A DNA stretch of 64,000 nt from Candidatus Iainarchaeum sp. (GCA_030649735.1 JAUSFL010000044.1:1-64000), one strand, 5' to 3'. Counted from the first letter of the stretch, positions 39,598 through 49,229 are shown. The notes: generated by a model not told the origin, from the sequence alone. A program made the numbers and translations.

Positions 39598-40947
39598 ATG
39601 AGACTGCAAGAGTTTTTCCAAAAATTTGCGCTTTCCGAAGGAAACCAAGTCAGTGTCTTGACTAAAAAGCAGCAAATTTTGGAAGGAACGCTCATTCCGT
39701 CAAATGATGAAGGAATTCTGGCCTTGAAATTAAAGAACGGTTATAATGCGGGCATTAAAGTTGAGGAAGTTTCTGAAATCAAGAAAATTTCTGAAGGCAA
39801 GACTGTCGGAAAGCCTCCAGTGAAAGAAATCCAGAAAGACTCAAAAAAGCCGACAATTGCAATACTGCACACTGGGGGAACAATTGCGAGCAGGGTTGAT
39901 TACGCGACTGGCGCTGTTTACGCAAGCTTTAACGAAAAAGACCTTTTGACAATGTTTCCAGAGCTTTCGCAAAAGGCAAACATTGTTTCAGAGCACTTAA
40001 GCAACATGTGGAGCGATGACATGCGCTTTGCGCATTATGCAAAAATGGCAAAGGCAATTGAAAAGCACGCAAGTTCTGGAGTTGCAGGAATAATTATTGG
40101 CCACGGCACTGACACTTTAGGATACAGCGCAGCTGCATTGGCTTTCATGCTTGAAGGCTTGAATATTCCAGTGCTTTTGGTTGGAGCACAAAGAAGCTCT
40201 GACAGGGGCAGTTCTGACGCTGCAATGAATTTGGAATGCGCTGCAGAATTTATTCTGAACTCTGACTTTGCTGGAGTTGCTGTTTGCATGCATGATTCTT
40301 CAAGCGATTCAAAATGCGCGATTCTTCCGGCCTGCAAAATGCGAAAATTGCATTCAAGCAGGCGCGACGCTTTCAAGGCAGTGAATGACACTCCAATAGC
40401 GCTCGTTGATTACAATTCCAAAAAAATAGATTTCTTGAAAGAGAATTTTGAAAGGAAAAGCAGCAAGAAAAAGCTTGTTGTTAAGGAAAAAATGGAAGAT
40501 AAGGTTGCAATACTAAAAGTCCATACTAACATGAGCCCTGAGCAAGTCAGGTTTTTCGAAAAACAGGAATACAAAGGATTAGTGATTGAAGGAACTGGCC
40601 TTGGGCAAATGCCTGGATTTATTCCTGATGATTCCGCAATGGGAAACAAGGGAATTATTGAAGCAGTCGAATCATTGACAAAATCCGGCTGCGTTGTAGT
40701 AATGACTACCCAATGCATTTTTGGAAGAGTGCAAATGCATGTTTACGACAAGGGCGTGAAATTGATAAAAGTGGGAGTTATTCCGGGAGAAGACATGCTT
40801 GCTGAAACCGCGTTCGTGAAGCTTGCGTGGCTTTTGGGGCAGTATCCAAAAAGTCCTGAAAAAGTCAAAGAGCTAATGGTAAAAAACTTGCGCGGGGAAA
40901 TAACTGAAAGGACAAATTTTGACGAAGACTTTGCAAAAGAGCTCTAA
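39598..40947 (+). CDS. gatD: Glu-tRNA(Gln) amidotransferase subunit D
   Basis: LKLKNGYNAG, TGGTIASRVDY, HGTDT, GAQRSSDRGSSDA. Confidence 0.97.
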   Translation: MRLQEFFQKFALSEGNQVSVLTKKQQILEGTLIPSNDEGILALKLKNGYNAGIKVEEVSEIKKISEGKTVGKPPVKEIQKDSKKPTIAILHTGGTIASRVDYATGAVYASFNEKDLLTMFPELSQKANIVSEHLSNMWSDDMRFAHYAKMAKAIEKHASSGVAGIIIGHGTDTLGYSAAALAFMLEGLNIPVLLVGAQRSSDRGSSDAAMNLECAAEFILNSDFAGVAVCMHDSSSDSKCAILPACKMRKLHSSRRDAFKAVNDTPIALVDYNSKKIDFLKENFERKSSKKKLVVKEKMEDKVAILKVHTNMSPEQVRFFEKQEYKGLVIEGTGLGQMPGFIPDDSAMGNKGIIEAVESLTKSGCVVVMTTQCIFGRVQMHVYDKGVKLIKVGVIPGEDMLAETAFVKLAWLLGQYPKSPEKVKELMVKNLRGEITERTNFDEDFAKEL

Positions 40948-40982
40948 AACTTTAGAAATTGAAAGTTTGCGTGGGAAAATTA

Positions 40983-41393
40983 ATGGATAATTTTCGGGTT
41001 GCTGTAAAAGCATTGATTTTGGACGACGAAAACAATTTGCTGCTTGTCAGGCGAAGCCATGATGACAAAGTGGCCGCCGGGCTTTGGGAAATTCCTGGCG
41101 GAAGGCTGGAGCTTGGCGAAAGCCCTTTTGATGGATTAAAGAGAGAAGTGATGGAAGAAACTGGAATTCCAATAGATATTGGGGCTCCAGTAAACGTGCA
41201 GCATTTCACAAACACGGACAAGGTTGTAATAACAATGATTATTTTCAAATGCAAGGCGCTTTCAAAGGAAGTAAAGCTTGTTGACGGAGAGCTTTCAGAA
41301 TTTGGCTGGGTGAAAATTCCTGAAGCAAAAGCCAAAATTACAAAATACTTCCATAAGGAAATAGATATTCTGGAAAAAATGGCTGGTGTTTAG
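40983..41393 (+). CDS. NUDIX hydrolase
   Basis: PGGRLELGESPFDGLKREVMEETG. Confidence 0.92.
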   Translation: MDNFRVAVKALILDDENNLLLVRRSHDDKVAAGLWEIPGGRLELGESPFDGLKREVMEETGIPIDIGAPVNVQHFTNTDKVVITMIIFKCKALSKEVKLVDGELSEFGWVKIPEAKAKITKYFHKEIDILEKMAGV

Positions 41394-41395
41394 AA

Positions 41396-43285
41396 ATGCC
41401 GAAACTAAAATGCGGGATTGAAGTGCACCAGCAGCTTGATACTGGAAAATTGTTCTGCCGCTGCCCGAGCTTTTTGCGCGATGACAAGCCAGAATTCACT
41501 GTTGAAAGAAAGCTTCGTGCTGTTGCATCTGAAATGGGCGAATTTGACGCTGCAGCCTTGGAAGCAATGCAAAAGAATTATACGTTTGTTTATGAAGGAC
41601 ACCACGAAAACGCATGCCTAACGGACATTGACGAATCCCCGCCAATGCCAGTTGATAAAGAAGCCTTGAGAATAGTCCTAGAAGTTGCATTGCTTGCAAA
41701 ATCAACAGTGCTTGACAAGGTTTTTGTAATGCGAAAGGCAGTTGTTGACGGAAGCAACACTTCAGGCTTCCAAAGAACAGCGCTTGTCAGTACTGGCGGA
41801 AGCCTGAAAATCAATGAAAAAAAAAGCGTGGGCATTCAGACAATTGCGTTGGAAGAGGACGCTTGCAGGCCTTCAAAGAAAGACGAGGAAAACAAGAGAA
41901 TTTACTACCGTCTGGACAGGCTGGGAATTCCATTGATTGAGCTTGCGACAGCGCCAGACATTGAAACTCCAGAAGAGGCAAAAGAGACTGCATTGGCCAT
42001 TGGAAAATTATTGAGGATTACTTGCAAGGCAATGAGGGGCTTGGGGACAATAAGGCAGGACTTGAACATCAGCATTGAAGGCGGAGCAAGAATTGAAATC
42101 AAGGGCTGCCAGGATTTGGAAATGCTTGAAGAGCTTGTAAGGCGGGAAATGCAAAGGCAGGAAAAGCTTTTGGAATTGAAGAAAATTCTTTCTTCAAAAG
42201 CAAAGCCCGAAGATTTTGGAAAATTCGAGATTTTAGAGCTTTCGGAATTTTTCAAGAATTCTGAAAACAAGCTAGTGAAGGGAAAAAAGATTTTTGGGGC
42301 AAGAATTCCAAAAATGAAAGGACTGCTTGGAATTGAATTACAGCCCGGAAGACGGTTTGGAAGCGAATTGTCAGACCAAGTGAAGGCAAAGGCAGGCTTG
42401 AAGGGATTATTGCACAGCGACGAGCTGCCGAATTATGGAATTACTGAAGCAGAGAAGAGTCGCATTGCAGGCAAGCTTGATATTCCTCTTGACGATATAC
42501 TGCTCCCTTATGGCGACGCTTTCATTCTAGTGATTGCAGAAAAAGAAGCAGCGGAGAAAGCATTCAAAGCAATCAGCGCAAGGATTTTGCAGGCTTTCAA
42601 AGGAGTTCCTGAAGAAACCCGCAATGCTTTAGAGAACGGAAACACTGAATATTCGCGCCCTTTGCCCGGAGCTGCTAGAATGTATCCTGAAACCGACATT
42701 GCTTCTTTTGAAACTTCAGAAAAAGAACTCAGCGAGTTGGAGAAAGAGCTGCCTTTATGGCCGCAAGAACGCGTGAGGCTTTACACTGAAAAATTCGGGG
42801 TTTCAAGACAGCTTGCAGAAAAGATGTCATTGGACAATTACGCAATCTTTTTTGAAAGCCTTGCGAAAAAAGGCTTTGATGCAACGCAAGCCGCTGTTTT
42901 GCTTTTGGAGGGATTGACTCAGCTTTCAAGGGAAGGAATCAATGTTGAAAAATTTACGGAGCAACAGATTGAAGAATCATTGCAGCTTTTGAAAGATAAA
43001 AAACTGACCAAAGAGACAGTTCTTGAATTCTTGAAATTACGGAGCAAAAATCAGTTCAAACTTGCAGCGGAATTGCTAAAAGAGTTAGGCACTACAAGTG
43101 TTTCAGAAAAAGAAGTGCAAAAAACAATTGCCGCAATTGTTGCAAAAAGCTCTGCGCTCATTAAGGAAAAAGGCGACCGGGCAATTTCAGCATTGATGGG
43201 TGAGGCAATGAAAGAACTGAAAGGAAAAACTGACGGGGCAACAATCTCGCGAATTCTAAAAGAAGAAATTGCAAAGCTCAAATAA
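41396..43285 (+). CDS. gatE: Glu-tRNA(Gln) amidotransferase subunit E
   Basis: GIEVHQQL, DGSNTSGFQRT, LDRLGIPLIE, RPLPGAARMYPETD. Confidence 0.97.
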   Translation: MPKLKCGIEVHQQLDTGKLFCRCPSFLRDDKPEFTVERKLRAVASEMGEFDAAALEAMQKNYTFVYEGHHENACLTDIDESPPMPVDKEALRIVLEVALLAKSTVLDKVFVMRKAVVDGSNTSGFQRTALVSTGGSLKINEKKSVGIQTIALEEDACRPSKKDEENKRIYYRLDRLGIPLIELATAPDIETPEEAKETALAIGKLLRITCKAMRGLGTIRQDLNISIEGGARIEIKGCQDLEMLEELVRREMQRQEKLLELKKILSSKAKPEDFGKFEILELSEFFKNSENKLVKGKKIFGARIPKMKGLLGIELQPGRRFGSELSDQVKAKAGLKGLLHSDELPNYGITEAEKSRIAGKLDIPLDDILLPYGDAFILVIAEKEAAEKAFKAISARILQAFKGVPEETRNALENGNTEYSRPLPGAARMYPETDIASFETSEKELSELEKELPLWPQERVRLYTEKFGVSRQLAEKMSLDNYAIFFESLAKKGFDATQAAVLLLEGLTQLSREGINVEKFTEQQIEESLQLLKDKKLTKETVLEFLKLRSKNQFKLAAELLKELGTTSVSEKEVQKTIAAIVAKSSALIKEKGDRAISALMGEAMKELKGKTDGATISRILKEEIAKLK

Positions 43286-43317
43286 AAAAGAATTAGGCAC
43301 TACTGAGTTGAAAAACA

Positions 43318-43980
43318 ATGAAGCATTTTCCAATAGCTAAAGAATTGCATACTGATGTTCTGGCTCAAAAGTACGGGCAAATTTCAGCAAAAGTATTAAG
43401 GCATGATGAAAAAGCAAGGGAAGCGCACTTGATTGATTCTAATGGAATTTCAAGAACTTTTGCAATAACGCTCTTTCCCAAAAGCATTCCCAAGCAAATC
43501 AAAAAGATTAATGAACAAATAAAGAATGGCAGTCCAATTGGCGAAACTTTCAGGCAGAACGGCTTTGAAGTCAGAAAGAATGTTTTAAGCGTTAACATAC
43601 TTCAAATTCCAAAATGGCTAAAGAATGATTTTAGAACTGGAAAAGCAAGTGCAAAATACAGGATTTCTGAATTTTACGCAAAAAGCCAAAAATCAAAGCC
43701 AGTAATTTATGGGACAGTCATTGAAATTTACTCCCCGGACTTTAGGGAAGCCAAAATAAACCAAATTGACTTGATTCAATTAAGTGCTCCAACAGAAGCA
43801 TTGAAAAAAGCAGGGTTTTCAATGCAGGAAATCTGGGAAAAAATCGGCGATGCTTCATTAAAATCCCAGCAAGCACTGAGAGAAAAAGCCAACCCAAAAG
43901 CCGGAAAACTAGTCAGAGAAATGGAAAATGAAATAATGGATATTTTATCACTGCCTCACCAAAGCATTAGAAAGAGTTAG
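43318..43980 (+). CDS. Hypothetical protein bracketed by GTTAGGCACTAC motifs
   Basis: 220-aa ORF; stop codon TAG lies inside the motif. Confidence 0.7.
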   Translation: MKHFPIAKELHTDVLAQKYGQISAKVLRHDEKAREAHLIDSNGISRTFAITLFPKSIPKQIKKINEQIKNGSPIGETFRQNGFEVRKNVLSVNILQIPKWLKNDFRTGKASAKYRISEFYAKSQKSKPVIYGTVIEIYSPDFREAKINQIDLIQLSAPTEALKKAGFSMQEIWEKIGDASLKSQQALREKANPKAGKLVREMENEIMDILSLPHQSIRKS

Positions 43981-44006
43981 GCACTATTTTTTTAGAAATC
44001 AAGAGC

Positions 44007-44444
44007 TTACACAAATGCGGAAATCAAAACAATCAAATACCACAAAGCCAAGTTTGTAATGCTTAGCATGCCTAATTGCTTTTTTGCTTTAAAGAATTCT
44101 TCAGAAGGCTTTTCGCCGGGCTTTGCAAGCTTTTGCATTTTTTTAACCCTTAAAAAAATCAAGGCTCCAATTGCAACTATCAAAACCACCAAAGCATGCT
44201 TTATTAGTAGTAAATTCGTGTCAAGCGGCCATTTTACAAGGCTTGTTACTGCAATTCCGGAAATTATGAGCAAAACCAAGCCAGCCCAGATTAGTTTTGA
44301 CAGCGCGGGAATTATTTTCATCAAGCTTGCGGCAACTTCCGGATTTTTCTCCGCCTTCATTGAAATAATTGCGGCTGCTGTTGCTCCGCCAACTCCCCAG
44401 GCCAATCCAATAAAGTGCAGAAAATTGAAAATTTCTAAAAGCAT
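44007..44444 (-). CDS. Four-TM membrane protein (CopD/DUF2269-like)
   Basis: LHFIGLAWGVGG, LLIISG, IKHAL. Confidence 0.65.
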   Translation of the reverse strand: MLLEIFNFLHFIGLAWGVGGATAAAIISMKAEKNPEVAASLMKIIPALSKLIWAGLVLLIISGIAVTSLVKWPLDTNLLLIKHALVVLIVAIGALIFLRVKKMQKLAKPGEKPSEEFFKAKKQLGMLSITNLALWYLIVLISAFV

Positions 44445-44522
44445 GCTTTGATTAAAAGCGCTTTAGTTTTTAATTTTTCCTGCCAAAAAGCCCGAAAAAG
44501 CGGGATAAAAAGAAAATAAAAT

Positions 44523-44547
44523 GAAAAGCCGCAAAAAACGGCTTTTC
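44523..44547. terminator. Hairpin with T/A runs, probable terminator of 44563..45039
   Basis: GAAAAGCCG-caaaaaa-CGGCTTTTC. Confidence 0.5.
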
Positions 44548-44562
44548 AAAAACTGGTTCAAA

Positions 44563-45039
44563 TCATTTTTTCTTGAACACGTTCAAGGCAAGGAATGCTC
44601 CAATAACTCCCAAGATTGCGCCAATTATTATTGCCACAATTATGCCGATTATTAGGCCGACTATTCCAATTGCAGCTCCAAGGCCTGCAGCTGCTGGGTT
44701 TGAGCCAATGCCTGCCGAAATCAATGGCGCAACAAGCAATAACTGCAAAATTCCGCCAATAATTCCGGAAATTACTGCAACAACTGCTCCTGCAACAGCT
44801 CCTGAAACATATGCTTCAGCGGCTGGCGCTTTCTTTGCGGCTTCAAGGCCTGCCCAAATTACAACTACCCAAATCAGCAATCCAATAAGTCCTGCCAATC
44901 CAATCGAGCCAACTGCGGCAAGCGGGTTTCCTCCAGCGCCAGCCCAGGCAGCGTAAGTAATTGCAATCACGACTAATTCCAAAACAATGGCCAGTATTAT
45001 TTGAGTTTTAACCGCCATTGCTGTTTTCATTATATCCAT
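44563..45039 (-). CDS. Gly/Ala/Ile-rich four-TM membrane protein
   Basis: Hydrophobic ORF with GGAGGG upstream. Confidence 0.7.
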   Translation of the reverse strand: MDIMKTAMAVKTQIILAIVLELVVIAITYAAWAGAGGNPLAAVGSIGLAGLIGLLIWVVVIWAGLEAAKKAPAAEAYVSGAVAGAVVAVISGIIGGILQLLLVAPLISAGIGSNPAAAGLGAAIGIVGLIIGIIVAIIIGAILGVIGAFLALNVFKKK

Positions 45040-45157
45040 TAAAATAATCCCTCCATTAATGTAATAGAAATAAACAACGAGCCCGGCTTAATAAAACTTT
45101 GCGGGTTAAAAAACAAGGGTTTTTTTCAATATTTTAAACCATTCTGCCGGCCATTCT

Positions 45158-45255
45158 CAGTTATCAAATATTCAAAATTACGGAGCAAAAACTCTTTCAA
45201 ACTTGCAGCGGAAATTCTAAAAGAGTTAGGCACTACAATTGTTTCAGAAAAAAAG
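45158..45255 (+). repeat. Diverged copy of gatE segment 43017..43115 containing GTTAGGCACTACA
   Basis: About 15 mismatches over about 97 nt; reads KLRSKNSFKLAAEILKELGTT versus KLRSKNQFKLAAELLKELGTT. Confidence 0.9.
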
Positions 45256-45260
45256 CCAAA

Positions 45261-45602
45261 TTATAAGAATTTTACAAACTTGTTGTTTTCATTGACTAAA
45301 ATCTTTTTTGCTTTCACTGGCTTGCTTGAAAGCTCAAAGCCCATTATTATCACGCGTTCTCCGGCTTTTATCAAGTGCGCTGCAGCTCCATTAATGCAAA
45401 CAATTCCCGAACCTTCATTTCCGGGCATTATGTAAGTTTCAAGCCTTACCCCAGAACTCTTGCTAACAACCAGTGCTTTCTCCCCACTCAAGAAACCGGC
45501 TTTTTTCATAAGGGCAGAGTCAATGGTAATGCTTCCCTCATACTCTACATTAGCTTCTGTTACAGTCGCATCATGAATTTTAGACCTTAGCACCCAGCGC
45601 AT
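45261..45602 (-). CDS. panD: Pyruvoyl-dependent aspartate 1-decarboxylase
   Basis: SKIH.ATVTEA...YEG/SITID, RLETY, CINGAAA. Confidence 0.93.
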   Translation of the reverse strand: MRWVLRSKIHDATVTEANVEYEGSITIDSALMKKAGFLSGEKALVVSKSSGVRLETYIMPGNEGSGIVCINGAAAHLIKAGERVIIMGFELSSKPVKAKKILVNENNKFVKFL

Positions 45603-45675
45603 TCCAAAACACCAATTATTTTCTTAAAGTATTTTGTTGCAATTAGTATTTAAGAATTTAAGTAAAAGTTAGGCA

Positions 45676-46863
45676 CTACAAATTTGAAATTTTAACTACT
45701 CCCCATTCAAGAATTTCTCGCGAATCATAATATAGTGGTTTCCTACCATAATAAATCCAACCAGTTATTTTGTAAATGTGGTTTTTTGGAAGCCGCAGTT
45801 TTTCAAGTATTCTATCTGCGCTCAATCCAGTACTTCGTAATTGAATAGTTTTTTCATAAGTTTCCCATTCTTTCTTTAATCCACTGGAGTTTTTTAGAAA
45901 TGTTTCAACTGCCTTAACAAATTTGGCTTGCTTTTTCTCCGCATATTTGAAAGGAATTTCCTGAAATAATTTGACAATATTTGGGCTTCGTCCATCAATA
46001 TAGAATGAGATTTTCTGTGAAAGAGTTCCATCCTTTCTTAATGTCCTATTTTTCTCTCCAGCAATTGGTGAAGAAGTAACTCCAAACTCAGCCAACAAGG
46101 ATTTTACTTGTTCATGAAATTTTATTAGCTCATTTACCTTTGACTCAACTTTATGCAATCCAAAAGTTGCAGAAGTAAATGCATTCTTTGCTCTAATAAA
46201 AGGGCATTGCAACTCGTTGCCAAAAAGAACACTCAGAAAAGCGCGTTTTATCTCCTTATCAGAATTCATTACCCAATCAGGAACTTTTGTTGAAGAAGAA
46301 ACTTTATCCCCAACAGGAGCGCCCGCCAAGAATAATAATCTTGCAAGCGGAGAACTATTAACATTTAAACGATAATCACCCCCTTTTGGATAAGTTCGAT
46401 ATAGTACCCTATTTTTTATTTTTCTTATTTCTGACTCCGAAGAATTAATTGCCAAATGCGGTTCGATTTTGTATTGCTTGAACAATAATGATGCAATCAA
46501 CTCCAAGTCTTCTTTCTCGCCAAAAAGGGAAAAGGCGCCCAAATGTTTCATTAAATGGCCATCACCAAATAGAAATGCAGATAGCTCTGTAAAAAGAAGA
46601 AAACTTTGAGTATCTTCTACTTTTAATGGAATCAATCTAATTGACTTAAGATAATTCAAGGCTCTAATTGGAAAAGGCACTCTTTTGTCAGATAACCAAC
46701 TGTATATTGTCCTTTCAGGATGCTTTATCAAGCGCGATATTTCAGAAATAGTCTTTATTGAATTTTGCAATTCTTTAGCTTGAATATACTTTTCTGCCAG
46801 GTTTAATTGCCGGTCTCCAAAAGAAGCAAGAAATTTATTCTCATCAACAATTATTTCTTCCAT
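45676..46863 (-). CDS. Free-standing LAGLIDADG endonuclease-like protein with HTH-like ends
   Basis: LSAFLFGDGHL and FLSVLFGNEL; GAPVGDK...VPDWV; no intein termini; AT-rich. Confidence 0.75.
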   Translation of the reverse strand: MEEIIVDENKFLASFGDRQLNLAEKYIQAKELQNSIKTISEISRLIKHPERTIYSWLSDKRVPFPIRALNYLKSIRLIPLKVEDTQSFLLFTELSAFLFGDGHLMKHLGAFSLFGEKEDLELIASLLFKQYKIEPHLAINSSESEIRKIKNRVLYRTYPKGGDYRLNVNSSPLARLLFLAGAPVGDKVSSSTKVPDWVMNSDKEIKRAFLSVLFGNELQCPFIRAKNAFTSATFGLHKVESKVNELIKFHEQVKSLLAEFGVTSSPIAGEKNRTLRKDGTLSQKISFYIDGRSPNIVKLFQEIPFKYAEKKQAKFVKAVETFLKNSSGLKKEWETYEKTIQLRSTGLSADRILEKLRLPKNHIYKITGWIYYGRKPLYYDSREILEWGVVKISNL

Positions 46864-46922
46864 TAATAACTTCTAATTTAATTATTTAAGAACACTGGGG
46901 AGCCAAAGCGCCAGTCGTAAAA

Positions 46923-47138
46923 TCAAACCATTTTGCCTGCAAGCCTTTTTGCAACACGCCTGCATTTCGTGTGAAAGTATTGTCCCATCCACTTAACGTC
47001 TGTCGGGCCTTTTCCGCAAATCGCGCAGGTTTCGCTGAATTTTCCCGAGTTTTGGCTTTCTGAAGCCCCAGAATTTTTTTGCAATGGAGCCGCAGAATTT
47101 TCTTCTGGCTTTTTTCTGAAACCGTCCAATAATCCCAT
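46923..47138 (-). CDS. Small zinc-finger hypothetical protein
   Basis: CAICG...FHTKC; AGGTG upstream. Confidence 0.65.
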   Translation of the reverse strand: MGLLDGFRKKPEENSAAPLQKNSGASESQNSGKFSETCAICGKGPTDVKWMGQYFHTKCRRVAKRLAGKMV

Positions 47139-47192
47139 TAATGCACCTTTTACAAAAAGATTAAACCTGCAAAGTTATTAAATATTGCTTGA

Positions 47193-48122
47193 ATGCTTGA
47201 TACTTGCATGATTCCCGAAAGGCTCAAGGCTGGCGACTGCATTGGAATAATATCTCCATCCGGCGCTATGGAGAAAGAAAGAATGGGCCAGTTTGAGCAT
47301 GGCAGGGCTTTTTTTGAAAAGCATGAATTCAAAGTAATTTTGGCAAAAAACGCGCTAAGCAATTCTCTGGGCTATTCTGCAAGCCCTGCTGAAAAGGCAG
47401 AAGACTTGAACAGCATGTTCAAAGACAATTCAATAAAGGCCATTATTTGCTCGCAGGGCGGCCAGAATTCCAATTCTATTCTTCCATTGCTTGATTTTAA
47501 ATCAATTGCAAAAAACCCAAAGATTTTCCTTGGAATAAGTGACATTACAGTATTATTGAACGCAATTTACTCAAGGACCGGGCTTGTCACATTTCACGGT
47601 AATGACTTGGTGTGGGGTTTTGGAAGAAACCCGACTGCTTATGACATCCTGGAATTTGATGATAGGCTGGTTGGAGGAAAAACAGGCCTAATTACCAAGA
47701 ATTCAGAATGGATTTGCGTCAGGGAAGGAAATGCAAAAGGAGTATTGATTGGCGGGAGCATAAATTGCATGAACAAGCTTGTGGGTACAAAATTCGCGCC
47801 TGATTTTAAGGGCAAAATCTTGTTTTTGGAGTCTTATGGGGAAGGAAGAACTGCAGATGAGCTTGACGGCCAGATACAAAGACTAAAGCAGTCGGGGGCT
47901 TTCGAGAAAATCAAGGGATTATGGCTTGGCTATTATAAATCAAAAGACAATTTTGCAATTGAAACAGTAGTGCAAAACTCCCTTAAAGAATTTGATTTTC
48001 CAATATTAAAGTGCAATGACTTTGGACATAATACTCCAAACACTACAATTCCAATTGGGGTAAAAGCAGAACTTGATGCTGATAAAAGAACTTTGGAAAT
48101 CTTGGAAAAGTGCGTGAAATAA
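47193..48122 (+). CDS. S66 peptidase (LD-carboxypeptidase / MccF family)
   Basis: GISDIT nucleophile motif, LFLE, FGHNTPN. Confidence 0.92.
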   Translation: MLDTCMIPERLKAGDCIGIISPSGAMEKERMGQFEHGRAFFEKHEFKVILAKNALSNSLGYSASPAEKAEDLNSMFKDNSIKAIICSQGGQNSNSILPLLDFKSIAKNPKIFLGISDITVLLNAIYSRTGLVTFHGNDLVWGFGRNPTAYDILEFDDRLVGGKTGLITKNSEWICVREGNAKGVLIGGSINCMNKLVGTKFAPDFKGKILFLESYGEGRTADELDGQIQRLKQSGAFEKIKGLWLGYYKSKDNFAIETVVQNSLKEFDFPILKCNDFGHNTPNTTIPIGVKAELDADKRTLEILEKCVK

Positions 48123-48143
48123 TTCACCATTTTTGCTTTTTTG

Positions 48144-49229
48144 TCATGAATTCCTGACATACTCCAACGACAAAATGCCGTTAAGTTTTGGGGTTTCTGG
48201 ATTCCTAATATTTTCCCCTTTAGGCGTATCAGTGCTACCCTTCAGCACATCTCTGTCTGTGCTGAATCGAGATATGCCTTGGCGATACAAACTTGCAATA
48301 TTGAATCCTGCGTTTGCATCGGCATTCTCAACCACCCCACATTTCGTGCAGTGGAATTCTTTTAGTTTTCTGTTCCTTGCTTCTATATGACCGCACTTAC
48401 TACACCTTTGCGAAGTATATTGCGGTTCAACATAGGCAACAGGCACTCCGAACTTTTTGGATTTGTATTCTATCATTTTTTGCAACTGATAAAAACTCCA
48501 AGAGTTTATGGAATACCTCTGCTTTCTTCTCATTTTTGTAGTCTTTCGAATATCTTTCAATTCTTCAAGTACTATAATTGCTTTGCTATTTTGTGCTTCA
48601 TCAATCAATTTCTTGCTTATCTGGTGATTAATATTCCTAATGATTCTGCTCTCTCTATCTTTGATTTTCTTAACAAGAGAATGCTTGCCATTCTTTTGAA
48701 GTGACCGTCTTATGTTTTTATATTTTGTGTGAATATGATTGCACTTCTTACCTAGCTTAAGCACTTTTCCAGTATCAATATTTGAAGCTACAAGGACATG
48801 CTTAATTGTATTTCTATCCACACCAATCACTTGCTTTGGTTTGTATTGACAAGGTTCTTCGTATGAATATGACACATAAGCAAAAGTCTCCCCAATTTCA
48901 ACTTGGTTTATCTTCTTAAATGAAATATTAAAGCGAATTGGAAGTGTTAATTTCAGACAAGGTATTATTATCTCTTTTTTTGTGAATCTAATTCCTTGAG
49001 AAGGAACAGTCAGTTTTACTGAATTTACAGTTTTGATTGTTTTATTTTTGGCATACTTTCGGAGGATTTGGTTGGCAATCACTGATTTCAAGCCAATATG
49101 TTTTACATCTTTGCTTGATAATGTTCTCTCTCTTATTGCATACTCAGCTATTTTCTTTGCCAAGCTAAGTTCTCTGCTAAAGTTCTGATAATGCTTTATT
49201 TTGAGAGTCAATATCAAAAAAGACCACAA
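48144..49229 (-). CDS. tnpB: TnpB RNA-guided endonuclease (second, distinct clade)
   Basis: RuvC GVDRN, VLEEL, NADANAG; Zn finger YTSQRCSKCG...CTKCG. Confidence 0.9.
   Translation of the reverse strand: MWSFLILTLKIKHYQNFSRELSLAKKIAEYAIRERTLSSKDVKHIGLKSVIANQILRKYAKNKTIKTVNSVKLTVPSQGIRFTKKEIIIPCLKLTLPIRFNISFKKINQVEIGETFAYVSYSYEEPCQYKPKQVIGVDRNTIKHVLVASNIDTGKVLKLGKKCNHIHTKYKNIRRSLQKNGKHSLVKKIKDRESRIIRNINHQISKKLIDEAQNSKAIIVLEELKDIRKTTKMRRKQRYSINSWSFYQLQKMIEYKSKKFGVPVAYVEPQYTSQRCSKCGHIEARNRKLKEFHCTKCGVVENADANAGFNIASLYRQGISRFSTDRDVLKGSTDTPKGENIRNPETPKLNGILSLEYVRNS

Noticed and set aside
45158-45255. DGR template/variable repeat pair with gatE
   Set aside because: Mismatches are not adenine-specific and no reverse transcriptase is present
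43084-45680. Canonical integron with attC sites (GTTAGGC fits GTTRRRY)
   Set aside because: No paired RYYYAAC inverse core or attC hairpin upstream of the motifs, genes lie in both orientations, and the integrase does not look like IntI
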